NCBI GenBank assembly: GCA_041937175.2
Contig: CP166615.1
Location: forward strand, 1,056,001-1,120,000
Length of the DNA: 64,000 bases
Source: Limnothrix sp. BL-A-16
Lineage (GTDB): Bacteria; Cyanobacteriota; Cyanobacteriia; CACIAM-69d
Direction of reading: 5' to 3'
Made by a program: the position numbers and the translations under genes. Positions 22,777 to 33,344 of the stretch are shown here, in pieces; the first letter of the stretch is position 1, and every line of letters starts with the position of its first letter. Below the pieces are notes generated by a model. That model searched no databases. It saw only the letters and a list, made by a program, of their open reading frames with translations, and was not told where the DNA came from.

Positions 22777-23134
22777 TTCAGTCCTAATCAGCGCTAATCA
22801 ATGCTGATCGTGTTGCTTGTCGTATTTTCTGGTTTGCATCAATTTTTGATTAACTGGCTATCCGGTGAATGTCAATTGGATATTAACCGATGATTAATGA
22901 TGCAAAGAAAATATAGATTTCACACAAAAACATAAAGAAAACGACAAAAATCCTAGAAGCCGGAAAAATCGAAAGTAAACTCAAGTTAGTTCGTTAGGGC
23001 AACGATCGAACAAAAAGCCATGGCAGAGTTCCCGTAACTCAGAAATTCAAGGTAAACAGCGAAAGGTAAAAGTGCAAAAAGTTTTTGTCCAATCTGTCTG
23101 ATCCCCACGGATAAGGGGTGGTAACAGATTTCTA

Positions 23135-23410
23135 AGAGGTTGTTTGAAAAGCCAAAATTGCTACTCTGTACGCTTCGGTAATCGACGTAGACAAGGGGCT
23201 TAGGGCCTGTCGTCGTTTAGCCTGAAACCCCAGACCTGTTGTTAGCGGATCGTGGGGGACAAGGGGCTTAAGCCCCTTGTTGCGACGATTAGGACATGGA
23301 AAATCAACCGTTTCAGCATCACCTTGAAAAATGACGACATCCCCTCAGCCCCTTGCCCTCACGATTATTGGTGCTTGGCCTGTGCTAAAAATACTTTTCA
23401 AACATCCTCT
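23135..23410 (+). mobile_element. Complete MITE (17-bp TIRs) interrupted by a nested element
   Basis: Left AGAGGTTGTTTGAAAAG, right CTTTTCAAACATCCTCT (16/17 inverted match); ~131 bp once the insert is removed. Confidence 0.88.
23203..23344. mobile_element. Nested 142-bp MITE-like element carrying its own palindrome (23259-23280)
   Basis: Ends GGGCCTGTCGTCGTTT and AAATGACGACATCCCC (13/16 inverted match); flanked by TTA/TCA and splitting ACAAGGGGC...GCCCCTTG. Confidence 0.75.
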
Positions 23411-23603
23411 AAAAGAGAAATATGGCAAAAAGCCGCATATTTTGCCCGGTAACTTTGAGCTTTCGAGACTTCAAACTCACCCTGGCATTGTGGCGAGTCT
23501 GAGGTTGATTTCTGGTGCGATCTCTTGGGGGCAATCGCTAGCGTGATGCTCGGGGCGATCGAGCGGGGCTAGCGGGTTCAGCAAAATGGGCGGTGAATGA
23601 TTT

Positions 23604-24668
23604 GTGGCGACTGAACAGAGCTATTTAATTGTGGATGTGATGCAGACCCTGTGCGGTTTAGAGGCTCAATGGGTGGAGGAAACTTTGCCCCTGGTGGAGC
23701 TGAAGCCGATCGCGGGGTTGGGAGCCGGTTACTTGGGAGCGATCGACCGGCGGGGAAAACTATTGCCGGTGGTGGACTTGGCGGATTGCCTGGGTTTGGC
23801 TCGATCGCCCTATGGCCTCTCCGATGCGATTGTGGTGTTGCGATCGCCCCAGGGGGTGAGCTTGGGGTTGATTGTCAATGAAGCGGTGGATCTGCAAGGG
23901 GTGATGCTGGATCCAGACCCCAGCCTGTTGGTGGCGGAACTGTCAGCCCAGGCCCGCGAGCTGGTGCGGGACGTGGTGCTTTTGGCCGGTCAACCGATCG
24001 CCCTGATTAATACAGAAAATCTGTTCACGGTGTTGCAGCGGCCCGAGTGGCATCAAACGCCCGCCGATTCCGCTGCCGATCGGTGGCGGGCCCTTTCAGC
24101 GATCGATCAGGCCCTGTTGCGGGCGCGGGCGGTGGAACTGGCGGAGGCCGAGCACACCGACAGCGATCAAGAGGGACAACCCTGGATTGTGGTGGAAATT
24201 GGTGGCGAGCGCTTTGGCATTGACGCGGCGGCCGTGCGGGAGCTGGCGGAGTTGCCGGTGATTGTGCCCTTGCCTTGTTGCCCGAGCCATGTGCTGGGGA
24301 ATGCGAATCTGCGGGGCGAAATTGTGACGGCCATTGACATCAGCCCCTGGTTGGGCCAAGAGCGCCGGCCCGCCGTCACCCGATCGCTGGTGGCGATCGT
24401 GCAGGTGGAGGACTTAACGGTGGGTTTGGTGATTGATCGGGCGATCGAGACCCAGTGGGTCAGCGCCCAGCGCTTGGCCCCCGTTCCCTTTAACACCAGC
24501 ACCGCCGAGCAACTGGCTCCCGCCAACGGCTCCCTAGATTCAACAGTCGCCAACCGAGACAGCGCCTACATTCGGGGCATCCATGTGCATGGGGGTCAAG
24601 CCACCAGTTGGCTGGATGTGGCCACCCTGTTGCGCGATCCGAGCTTGGTGGTTAACGAAAGTCTTTAG
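23604..24668 (+). CDS. cheW: Tandem CheW-CheW coupling protein
   Basis: Two CheW domains (LGAIDRRGKLLPVVDL; LGNANLRGEIVTAIDI). Confidence 0.93.
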   Translation: MATEQSYLIVDVMQTLCGLEAQWVEETLPLVELKPIAGLGAGYLGAIDRRGKLLPVVDLADCLGLARSPYGLSDAIVVLRSPQGVSLGLIVNEAVDLQGVMLDPDPSLLVAELSAQARELVRDVVLLAGQPIALINTENLFTVLQRPEWHQTPADSAADRWRALSAIDQALLRARAVELAEAEHTDSDQEGQPWIVVEIGGERFGIDAAAVRELAELPVIVPLPCCPSHVLGNANLRGEIVTAIDISPWLGQERRPAVTRSLVAIVQVEDLTVGLVIDRAIETQWVSAQRLAPVPFNTSTAEQLAPANGSLDSTVANRDSAYIRGIHVHGGQATSWLDVATLLRDPSLVVNESL

Positions 24669-24755
24669 GCAAGTCTTGAGGCCCACGGGGCGATCGGCCC
24701 CCAAGCTTCCGAATTTCCCCCAACTTTATTTCCCCCAACTTTGCAGGACAAAACC

Positions 24756-26222
24756 ATGAATTCCCCCCTCAAAAACGATAATCACTGGCGACTGCGGTAT
24801 CAAATCTCCTTGGGATATGCGATGCCGATCGCCCTGTCGATCATTGCCACCACCGTGGTTTTGAATAATGTGCAATCCGTGCGCGAGCAACAAACCACCT
24901 TTAATCGGGTGACACAAGTGGAGGAAAAAATCGGGCTTTTAGGGTTCAATGCCCAAACGATTTCTCGCGCCACCCGAGGATACTTGCTCGATCAAAATCC
25001 TGTTTCCATTACTTCTTTTGATCAGGCGCGTCGGAATGCTGACAAGGCAATGACTGATTTAGAAGCGATCGTTGTGGATGCTCGGCAGCGGGAAACCCTG
25101 GGCGAACTGAAACAGGATTTGGCGCAATTAGTTTCTATCAACGAAAAATTATTGACCATTGCTCGCCAAAATCCGGCCGGGGCGATCGCGGAATGGAAGC
25201 GGGATGGGGGTCGCCAAGCCATTCAAAGTGTGGAACGGTTGGTGGAAATTCTGCGCAGTCGGCAATCGGAATTGGTGGACAAAACCCTGAAGGATCAAAA
25301 CGATGCCCTGACGGCCCTGTCGAATATTTCCCTGTTGACCACGGGGCTGGCGGTGTTGGGATCCACGGTCTTGGGGATTTGGATCGTGGTGGCGGTGAGT
25401 CGGCAAATGTTTGAAGTCAGCAGCAGTCTGGCGGCTTCGTCCAGTGAAATTGCGGCCACGGTGGAACAGCAGGAACGCACTTCCAGCGCCCAAGCCGCTT
25501 CGGTGAATGAAACCACGGCCACGATGGATGAGCTGAGTGCTTCATCGCGGCAGTCGGCGGAACAGGCGGAGTCGGCGGCGGCGGCTTCCCAGCGGGTTTT
25601 GCATTTGGTGGAGGATGGCAACCGCACCGTGGGCCAAACCCTGGAGAGCATGACGGAAATGAGAATGCAAATGAATGCGATCGCCCAACAAATTTCCCAA
25701 CTGAGCAGCCAGGCGGCCCAAATTGGCAGCATTACGCAGTTGGTGACGGATGTGGCCAATCAAACCAATATGTTGGCCCTGAATGCGGCGGTGGAGGCGG
25801 TGCGGGCCGGGGAACATGGCAAGGGCTTTTCGGTGGTGGCGGCGGAAATTCGCAAGCTGGCCGATCGCAGCAAGGAATCGGCCCAAAAGATTGATGGGTT
25901 GGTGACGGAAATTCAAGGGGCGATCGACACCACGGTCATGGCCACGGAAGAGGGCAGCAAGCGCGTGGAAACTGGCTTAACGGCCAGCCAGCAAACGGCG
26001 GGGGCCTTTGACGAGGTGGCCCGGGCGATCGATATGGTGGTGGTGAGTAACCAACAAATTTCGCTGAATATTCGCCAGCAGGCGATCGCCGTTGACCAAG
26101 TGGTGCAGGCTATGAACGCCTTGAACCAAGGGGCCAAGCAAACCGCCGAAGGCATTGCCCAAACCCGCATCGGCACTCGGCGCTTGGAAGAGGCGGCCCG
26201 CGACCTGCAAGAGATGGTTTAG
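24756..26222 (+). CDS. Methyl-accepting chemotaxis protein with CHASE3-like periplasmic domain
   Basis: Two TMs, TRGYLL (CHASE3-like), signalling hairpin [34 protein letters not shown]. Confidence 0.96.
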   Translation: MNSPLKNDNHWRLRYQISLGYAMPIALSIIATTVVLNNVQSVREQQTTFNRVTQVEEKIGLLGFNAQTISRATRGYLLDQNPVSITSFDQARRNADKAMTDLEAIVVDARQRETLGELKQDLAQLVSINEKLLTIARQNPAGAIAEWKRDGGRQAIQSVERLVEILRSRQSELVDKTLKDQNDALTALSNISLLTTGLAVLGSTVLGIWIVVAVSRQMFEVSSSLAASSSEIAATVEQQERTSSAQAASVNETTATMDELSASSRQSAEQAESAAAASQRVLHLVEDGNRTVGQTLESMTEMRMQMNAIAQQISQLSSQAAQIGSITQLVTDVANQTNMLALNAAVEAVRAGEHGKGFSVVAAEIRKLADRSKESAQKIDGLVTEIQGAIDTTVMATEEGSKRVETGLTASQQTAGAFDEVARAIDMVVVSNQQISLNIRQQAIAVDQVVQAMNALNQGAKQTAEGIAQTRIGTRRLEEAARDLQEMV

Positions 26223-26244
26223 GTTCCAGACCGGGTAATGGCTA

Positions 26245-28830
26245 ATGGCAATTATTGACGATCGGGATCTGCGGGAACTCTATCGCTTGTCCAGTGGCGA
26301 GCATCTGCAAACCCTGGAAACGGGACTGCTGCGGTTTGAACAAAATCCCAGCGATCGCGATGACTTTGCGGAACTGTTGCGGGCGGCCCACACCCTGAAG
26401 GGAGACTCGCGAATGTTGGGGGTGAACCATGTGGAAAAACTGGTTCATCAGGTGGAGCATGTGCTGAAACAGTTGCAAAGTCAGGAACTCAGCCTCACGC
26501 CGCTGCTGGCGGAAACGCTCTATAACACTCTGGATGCGGTCAAGCAGTTGGTGCAGGAGGCCACGGAGGAGCTGCCGAGCGAGCTACCTTCTGCGATCGA
26601 TCCGGTGCGGGTGTTGGCCCGGTTAATGCAGGCCAGCAGTGGGGTGGCCGAGTCGGAGTTGATGCCACTGGAACCCAGTCCACTCCCGATCGCCCAAACG
26701 GCCCCAGCGAGTTTTGAAGGAAACTCAGAACCGATTCCAGAGCTAATTCCAGAGCTAATTCCAGAGCCAATTCCAGATCCCCAATTAATTCCAGAGCTAA
26801 TTTCAGATCCCCAATTAATTCCAGAGCTAATTCCAGAGCCAATTTCAGACCCCCAATTAATCTCAGACTTAATTTCAGAACAGCCCAGCGAACGGGACGC
26901 AACCCCCTCGACAACACCGCCAGCGGTTTCTAATTCGGTTCCGGCGCTTAGGGCCGATCGCCCCACTTCTGCACCCTCAGAATCGCCCCCACCGGCTCGA
27001 TCGCCCGATCGCCCAACCAGTCCAGTTAATTCAATCCATTCAGTCAATCCCACCACGCCCGCCAGTGCCGAGCCATATCACATCGACACGATCCGCGTTG
27101 CCACCCGCCATTTAGATGGCCTGGTCGATCGGGTGGGTGAATTGGCGGCCATTGAGCGACGACTATCCCATCAGGCGGCCTTGCTCGATGGATTGGTGCG
27201 GCTGTGGGAAGAATTGCGATTGCTCGATCGGGGACAGCAGCGGATGAGTGATCCCACCCTAGCCACCGATCGTCGTCGTAGCGATCAGCAACGGCATCAA
27301 CTGCACGAAGACTTTCAACAGGCCCTCTATGGCTTGCGGGAGCGAGTGCAAAATGCCAACCATCGCCTAGAGGCGATCACCGATGACCTGAAAGATCGCA
27401 CCCGTTCCCTGCGGTTGTTGCCCTTGGCCACGGTGTTTCAACATTTTCCGCGCATGGTGCGTGACTTGGCCCAGCAGCAGGGCAAGGCCGTCACCCTGGT
27501 GGTGGAAGGGGGCGAAACCACCGCCGATAAACAGGTGATTGAGGCGCTGCGAGATCCCTTGTTGCACCTGGTACGCAACGCGATCGACCATGGCATTGAG
27601 TCGGCGGCTGAACGTCAGGCGGCCGGCAAACCCGCCTGTGCCACCTTGCGGTTGTGGGGTGCTCAACAGGGCGATCGGGTCTTGATTTCCCTCAGCGACG
27701 ACGGCCGCGGCTTAGATCGCCAGGCAATTATCGCCACCGCCGTTCGCCAACAGCTTTACAGTGCCGAAGAACTCGCCCATTGGCAGGATGAACAGATTTT
27801 TGAGCTAATTTTGTTGCCAGGATTTTCCACCCGACTGGAAGCCACCGAGCTATCGGGACGGGGCGTGGGCCTCGATGCGGTGCGGGTTTGTGCGGAACGG
27901 CTGAAGGGTCGGGTGATGGTGCAGTCCAAGCCGGGTCAGGGTTGCACCATCACCCTCACGGTGGGGACAACCCTGGCGGCCACCCAAGCCCTGTTGGTGA
28001 TGACGCGCGATCGCACCTTGGCCATTCCGTTGGAGTATGTCCATGAAACGCGCCTTGTGCCGGTCAATCAAATTACTGCCTTGGAAGGTCGCCCCGTGAT
28101 TTTGCTGGAAGGGGAGCCGGTTTCCGCCACCGACCTGGGGGATTTGCTGGAGTTGCCGGGATTGCCGCCGGGGCCCGCGCCCGATCGAGTGGATGTCATT
28201 CCCCATCCCTGCGTGGTGTTGGTGATGGGGCGCGATCGCCTGGCCGTGTTTGTCGATCGGCTAATTGATGTGCAAGAAATTATGCTCAAGCCCCAGAGCA
28301 AACTGCTGGTGCGTGTGCGGAATGTGTCTGGGGTGACGATTTTGGGCAATGGGGATGTGTGCCCCGTGTTGCACCCGCCGGACTTGTTTGCCACCTTGGG
28401 CGGCCGCACCAGCCGCAACAGCAGCCTGAGCACGGCCGATTCCCTGAGCATGGCCCGGCCGCCAGCGATTTTGCTAGTGGAGGATTCGATCGCCACCCGT
28501 ACCCAAGAAAAGCGGATTTTGGAAACCGCTGGCTACGACGTGGTGACCGCCACCGACGGGATGGATGCACTGCACAAGCTGCGATCGCGCACTTTCGATG
28601 CGATCGTTTCCGATATTCAAATGCCTCGTTTGGATGGGTTAGGGCTAACGGCGCGGATCCGTCAAATGCCCGAATACGACGACCTCCCGATCGTGCTCGT
28701 ATCGTCCCTGAATTCCGACGCAGACAAACGACGGGGCGCGGAAGCCGGAGCGAATGCCTACTTGACCAAGGATGCATTTAACCAAGCAGCGCTGCTGGGA
28801 ATTTTGCGCGAACTGGCTCGATCGCCCTAG
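26245..28830 (+). CDS. cheA: CheA-like hybrid kinase (Hpt-dimerisation-HATPase-CheW-REC)
   Basis: LLRAAHTLKG, HLVRNAIDHGIE, DDGRG, SGRGVGLD; C-terminal receiver (VEDS...SDIQMPRLDG...YLTK). Confidence 0.96.
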   Translation: MAIIDDRDLRELYRLSSGEHLQTLETGLLRFEQNPSDRDDFAELLRAAHTLKGDSRMLGVNHVEKLVHQVEHVLKQLQSQELSLTPLLAETLYNTLDAVKQLVQEATEELPSELPSAIDPVRVLARLMQASSGVAESELMPLEPSPLPIAQTAPASFEGNSEPIPELIPELIPEPIPDPQLIPELISDPQLIPELIPEPISDPQLISDLISEQPSERDATPSTTPPAVSNSVPALRADRPTSAPSESPPPARSPDRPTSPVNSIHSVNPTTPASAEPYHIDTIRVATRHLDGLVDRVGELAAIERRLSHQAALLDGLVRLWEELRLLDRGQQRMSDPTLATDRRRSDQQRHQLHEDFQQALYGLRERVQNANHRLEAITDDLKDRTRSLRLLPLATVFQHFPRMVRDLAQQQGKAVTLVVEGGETTADKQVIEALRDPLLHLVRNAIDHGIESAAERQAAGKPACATLRLWGAQQGDRVLISLSDDGRGLDRQAIIATAVRQQLYSAEELAHWQDEQIFELILLPGFSTRLEATELSGRGVGLDAVRVCAERLKGRVMVQSKPGQGCTITLTVGTTLAATQALLVMTRDRTLAIPLEYVHETRLVPVNQITALEGRPVILLEGEPVSATDLGDLLELPGLPPGPAPDRVDVIPHPCVVLVMGRDRLAVFVDRLIDVQEIMLKPQSKLLVRVRNVSGVTILGNGDVCPVLHPPDLFATLGGRTSRNSSLSTADSLSMARPPAILLVEDSIATRTQEKRILETAGYDVVTATDGMDALHKLRSRTFDAIVSDIQMPRLDGLGLTARIRQMPEYDDLPIVLVSSLNSDADKRRGAEAGANAYLTKDAFNQAALLGILRELARSP
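26726..26880. repeat. Degenerate 12-bp-based tandem repeats (ATTCCAGAGCTA / ATTCCAGATCCCCAATTA) in the CheA linker
   Basis: Encodes IPEL/IPEP/IPDPQL repeats. Confidence 0.9.
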
Positions 28831-29376
28831 TTACTAGTTATTAGTTATGCGCTATCTGCCCCAGCCTTCCCAAAAATCAGCCAACTGGGCGCGATCGGGG
28901 TCAGCAAACCCAGACCCGAAAACCCAAACCTAATCAACCCAGATCAGCAGATCCGGTGATTGGTGGCCATTAAACGGTTGGTCGATAAACAATCCCGAGG
29001 CATAAACGGCTAGACGTGATCGTTGAAAAATTTAATGGCGCTCTAGCTCGTGACCGGCAACGGTTGACCCATGCCAACCCAGAAACTTAACCGTTTCCTT
29101 AATTACCAAATCGATCCAACGATCGCGAGCTAGAACGTCCCCCCTAATCGATCAACAACTCCTCATAAACAAGTCATGAATGAATTGTGATGCCTGTTTG
29201 CCCTGAAACTCTCTCAACAAGATTTCTGGAGCAAACACACAATGAAATGAAGCCAAAAAGCTGAGAGCGAAAGCGATTCAGAATTTCCCAAAGACCTGAC
29301 GGATTCCTAGAGCCGTTAACCAATTCCCATCGAATGATCCATGCGATCGGGTGGATGCTGGCGGCGATCGGAAAGA

Positions 29377-29637
29377 TTAGTCCCCTTTGGGTTCCTTGCC
29401 AACTACTAAGCGATTGGCAACGGTTTCGGGTTGAATCGCAGACAGTACCACATGGCCCGAATCCGCAATAATCACAGCTCTGGTGCGGCGACCATAGGTG
29501 GCATCAATTAATTGGCCACGATCTTTTGCATCAGTAACCAGGCGACGAATCGGAGCCGAGTCAGGGCTGACAATGGCAATGATTCGGTTGGCCGCCACAA
29601 TATTACCGAAACCAACATTAATGAGTTGAATGTCCAT
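29377..29637 (-). CDS. remA: RemA/DUF370 family regulator
   Basis: [28 protein letters not shown]...[28 protein letters not shown]. Confidence 0.93.
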   Translation of the reverse strand: MDIQLINVGFGNIVAANRIIAIVSPDSAPIRRLVTDAKDRGQLIDATYGRRTRAVIIADSGHVVLSAIQPETVANRLVVGKEPKGD

Positions 29638-30105
29638 CGACAAATTCCTCAAAGAGAAAACCCGTGAAGGTTGATTGAGTGGTTGGTAGATAATGATTAG
29701 TCACTCCGAGACAGAATCGATCCCAGCCTAATTAGGCAGGTTATGACCTAGTTGATCGCCGTTGTTGAGCACAGCAGGGCCCTCTCAGGTAGCAACCGTA
29801 TGAGCGGTTATACCTACTGAGCGCTATCTCAATGAACCAACCCAGAATGAATGGGTCTAAATCTCCTATTAGAAGGATTAGCCCCAGTTAATCAGGGTAG
29901 GGGATGGATCGGGAATCGATCTCCCAAGGGGAAATTCAGTGTGCATCAGGACGATCTAGCGCGAATGAACCAGGATAGATCGTCATGATGGATCACGGCA
30001 TCGATCAGGCGGGACAGATTTGTGCGGACTGACTAACACACATGGAAAATTTAGCTCGAAAAATGAACATTCAGTCTATTTTCACAAAATTTCCCAGCAA
30101 GTTGA

Positions 30106-30846
30106 TCAGTCTCTGTTCTCCAATAGTTGATTAAAGCGGTGAATTTGCCAAAAAACATGGTTCAACCGCCGTTGATCGTCTAAACCCATGGCGAGTTCCT
30201 GGGTAGTTTGCCAGCGGGTTTGATCGAGCCACAGCTCAAAAACTGCTCCATGGGGGATGGAAATTTGCCATGTTCTTGGGGAGCCGAGGATCTCTGAGAT
30301 TAGGTGTTGCAAGATCCAGTGATGGGTGATGATCCAAAGGCAGGGATCGGGATTTTGTGGCTCTGTTTCGGTGGGGTTTGTATCAATAAATTGGCTAATT
30401 AGACCTTGTAAAAAGATCTGTGCGCGTGATCGCCCGGCTTCTAGGGTTTCTGATTGCGGAATTGGGATCCATTCCCAGGAATTTTCCAGTTTTTGGCAAA
30501 GTTCGGGATATTGTCGCCTGGCTTCGCTCCAGGTCAGCCCCTGAAAAATGCCGTTGTCAAATTCGCAAAGGTGGGTGTCGGTGATGATGGGCGGTAGGGG
30601 CCGATCGCCCGTGGTCGGGTGGGCCATGGCGGCCGATCGCGCCAGTTGGGCAGTTTCTTGGGCCCGTTGTTGGGGACTGCTGTAAATGGTTTGGGGATGG
30701 GCTCCCTGTTGGGCCAGGGCTTGGCCAAGCGATCGCGCTTGGGTTTGACCCCGATCGGTCAAGGGGTCGTCGGCTCGCCCCATCATTCGCCCCGCTGCAT
30801 TCCCGATCGACTCCGTATGACGGATAAAAAAGAGTTTCAGCATCAA
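30106..30846 (-). CDS. Histidine phosphatase (phosphoglycerate mutase-like) family protein
   Basis: LFFIRHTES.GN, PLTDRG, YSSPQQRAQETA, LCEFDNG, IITH. Confidence 0.9.
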   Translation of the reverse strand: MMLKLFFIRHTESIGNAAGRMMGRADDPLTDRGQTQARSLGQALAQQGAHPQTIYSSPQQRAQETAQLARSAAMAHPTTGDRPLPPIITDTHLCEFDNGIFQGLTWSEARRQYPELCQKLENSWEWIPIPQSETLEAGRSRAQIFLQGLISQFIDTNPTETEPQNPDPCLWIITHHWILQHLISEILGSPRTWQISIPHGAVFELWLDQTRWQTTQELAMGLDDQRRLNHVFWQIHRFNQLLENRD

Positions 30847-30995
30847 TTAGAATTCGTGGCCCTTAGGAAGGGGTAGAACGCATTGGGCAAGCTCCTACAA
30901 TAATTGGGGAGTTTGGAATTGGGGAGTCTGGCGATCGGGCCTTGGCTGTCCATGCCCAGATCCCTTCTCAACCGCCGCGTTCAAAACCAGAGCCG

Positions 30996-31328
30996 ATGCT
31001 ACTAAAGTCCACCACCCGCCATATCCGCATCTTCGCCGCCGAGTTGGCCAATGATGATATTGTGCCGAGCGAAACGAAGCTCACGATTGATGTTGATCCC
31101 GACAATGAGTTTTTGTGGAATCCGGAGGCGCTCCAACAGGTCTACCGTAAGTTTGAAGAGCTGGTGGCCCAGTCGGCGGGTCAAGATCTGACGGAATACA
31201 ACTTGCGGCGAATTGGGTCAGATTTGGAGCATTTTGTGCGATCGCTGTTGCAAAATGGCACGATCGCCTACAACTTGGAAACCCGCGCGGTGAATTACAG
31301 CATGGGCTTGCCGCAGGTTTCGCCCTAG
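30996..31328 (+). CDS. ndhM: NAD(P)H-quinone oxidoreductase subunit M
   Basis: MLLKSTTRHIRIFAAE...DVDPDNEFLW...YNLRRIGSDLEHF...NYSMGLP. Confidence 0.96.
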   Translation: MLLKSTTRHIRIFAAELANDDIVPSETKLTIDVDPDNEFLWNPEALQQVYRKFEELVAQSAGQDLTEYNLRRIGSDLEHFVRSLLQNGTIAYNLETRAVNYSMGLPQVSP

Positions 31329-31493
31329 GGGTTGTGCTCGGTGCGATCGGGGCTTGATTGGGGTTTGGTCAGTTTCTGAGCATGGCCCGATCAATTTCTG
31401 GTCTGTCCGATTCGGTCTGTTTGAGCGGTCTGATCAGTTGCAGTTCAAGGCGTTAATTCTGCCAGCTCAACAGCTCCAACCCCAGGCCACAGA

Positions 31494-31513
31494 CAAGGGG
31501 CTTAAGCCCCTTG
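31494..31513. repeat. REP-like palindrome copy
   Basis: CAAGGGGCTTAAGCCCCTTG between convergent ndhM and menD. Confidence 0.9.
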
Positions 31514-31565
31514 CCCCTCGGTTGATCGCGGAACCTCAAGAACCTGTTCCCCGCAGGCCTTCGCC

Positions 31566-33302
31566 CTAAGCAGCCAACTGCCGGAAAAAAGATTGCCGCC
31601 ACTGGGCATCCCGCTTGCGATCGCACAAAAATTCCAGCACGCGAATGCCTTGGGCGGGCAGTTGGCTCAAGGAGTCGCAAAACTGCTGCCATTGGGTAAT
31701 TTGCCGATATTCAATGCCATAGCTCTGGCAAAGGCTGGCAAAGTTGACCGATTGCGGTGTGGCAAAAAACTCCTCAAAAGGGGGTTCAAACTGCGAAACG
31801 GGCAGCATTTCAAAGATGCCGCCGCCGTTGTTGTTAATCAGCAAAATGGTGAGGCTGCCTTGGAAGTGGCGACGGGCTAAGAAGCCGTTGGTGTCGTGCA
31901 ACAGGGCCAAATCTCCGGTGAGCATCACGGTTGGGCGATGGTGTTGGGCAAGGCCGATCGCGGTGGAAAGGCTGCCATCAATGCCGTTGGCTCCCCGATT
32001 AAAGAAGGGCTGAATTTCCCGGTTGTTGATGCCCCAAAAATATTCCACATCCCGCACGGGCATACTGTTGCAGATAAAAATTGGGGTGCGATCGGGCAGT
32101 GTTTGCGGCAACAGCCAGGCGATTTTGCTTTCCAGACGTTGGGATTGTTCCGCCAGGGCCTGTTTCACGGTGATTTCCAGGGCCCGATCGCCCGCTAGCC
32201 AAGTTTGCAAATAATCGGAGGGGGGCAAGTCCGGTTCCGGGGTTTCCCACAGCTCGATCGCCCCCTGGATCGATCGCGTGCGGCCATGGAGCGGATCCAA
32301 GTTGCGATCGCCCGGATCCAAAATCCATTGGGGCGCATCGGTTTCCATCAGCCACAGGCGCAGGGTCTTGCTGATTGGTAAGCCCCCCAGCCGCAGCACC
32401 ATGGTGGGCCGCAGTTGTTCCCGCTGGTGGGGACTGCGCAACATCAAGTCGTAGTGGGCCACCAAGTGCTGATTCAGGGCCCCAAAATTCCGCAACGGCG
32501 AGAGGCCTTCCGCCAACACGGGCCAACCGAGCGATCGCGCCAAGCGTCCCACCGCTGCACAATAGGCCGCCGGATCCGCCGGTTGGGCCGGCCCCGCCAC
32601 AATCAGCCCCCGCTCCGTTTGGCGGGCCCCTTGCCAAAACTCCTGCCAGGGCAACCGGGAAAAAGTAATCGGTCGGCGCACCGGCTGCAAATGCCCAAAG
32701 AATTCCTGATCATGCCAATTGGCCCGTAGCTGGGCGAGGGCATCGACCACGGCCGGTTCCGGCAAAGGGGGCAACGGATCCCGCAAGGGAACATTCAGAT
32801 GCACGGGACCCGGGGCGGAGATCGCCCGTTGGGCCGCCTGGGCCAGGGTTTGGCGCAAGTAGGACAAAAGGTCTAACCGAGGTTCCGGCAGGGCCAATTC
32901 TGCCTGCCAAACGGGATACATCCCAAAGAGCTTGAGCTGATCGATCGCCTGGCCCGCCGCACAGTCGCGCAACTCTGGCGGGCGATCGGCCGTGAGCAAC
33001 AACAGGGGCACACCACTTTCGCGAGCCTCAATCACCGCCGGGAAAAAGTTGGCTCCCGCCGTGCCCGATGTGCAAACCACCGCCACCGGCCGGTGCGATC
33101 GCCGGGCCGCCCCCAGGGCCCAAAACGCCCCCGATCGCTCATCCAAAATCGGAATCGCCGTCATTTGCGGATGGCTGGCCAGGGCGATCGTTAACGGGGT
33201 CGATCGGGAGCCTGGGCAAATCACCACCTCCGTCACCCCCACCCGCACCAGCGTTTCCGCCAACACCGAAGCCCACAACGTATTGCGATTCGTGAAATCC
33301 AT
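31566..33302 (-). CDS. menD: SEPHCHC synthase (menaquinone/phylloquinone biosynthesis)
   Basis: ICPGSRSTPL, DERSGAF, CTSGTA, LTADRPPEL, NSMPVRD, NRGANGIDG, GDLALLHD, NNNGGGIF. Confidence 0.97.
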   Translation of the reverse strand: MDFTNRNTLWASVLAETLVRVGVTEVVICPGSRSTPLTIALASHPQMTAIPILDERSGAFWALGAARRSHRPVAVVCTSGTAGANFFPAVIEARESGVPLLLLTADRPPELRDCAAGQAIDQLKLFGMYPVWQAELALPEPRLDLLSYLRQTLAQAAQRAISAPGPVHLNVPLRDPLPPLPEPAVVDALAQLRANWHDQEFFGHLQPVRRPITFSRLPWQEFWQGARQTERGLIVAGPAQPADPAAYCAAVGRLARSLGWPVLAEGLSPLRNFGALNQHLVAHYDLMLRSPHQREQLRPTMVLRLGGLPISKTLRLWLMETDAPQWILDPGDRNLDPLHGRTRSIQGAIELWETPEPDLPPSDYLQTWLAGDRALEITVKQALAEQSQRLESKIAWLLPQTLPDRTPIFICNSMPVRDVEYFWGINNREIQPFFNRGANGIDGSLSTAIGLAQHHRPTVMLTGDLALLHDTNGFLARRHFQGSLTILLINNNGGGIFEMLPVSQFEPPFEEFFATPQSVNFASLCQSYGIEYRQITQWQQFCDSLSQLPAQGIRVLEFLCDRKRDAQWRQSFFRQLAA

Positions 33303-33344
33303 CCCCAAGATCAAACCCCTATCCAACCGCGCATGACCCGCGTG

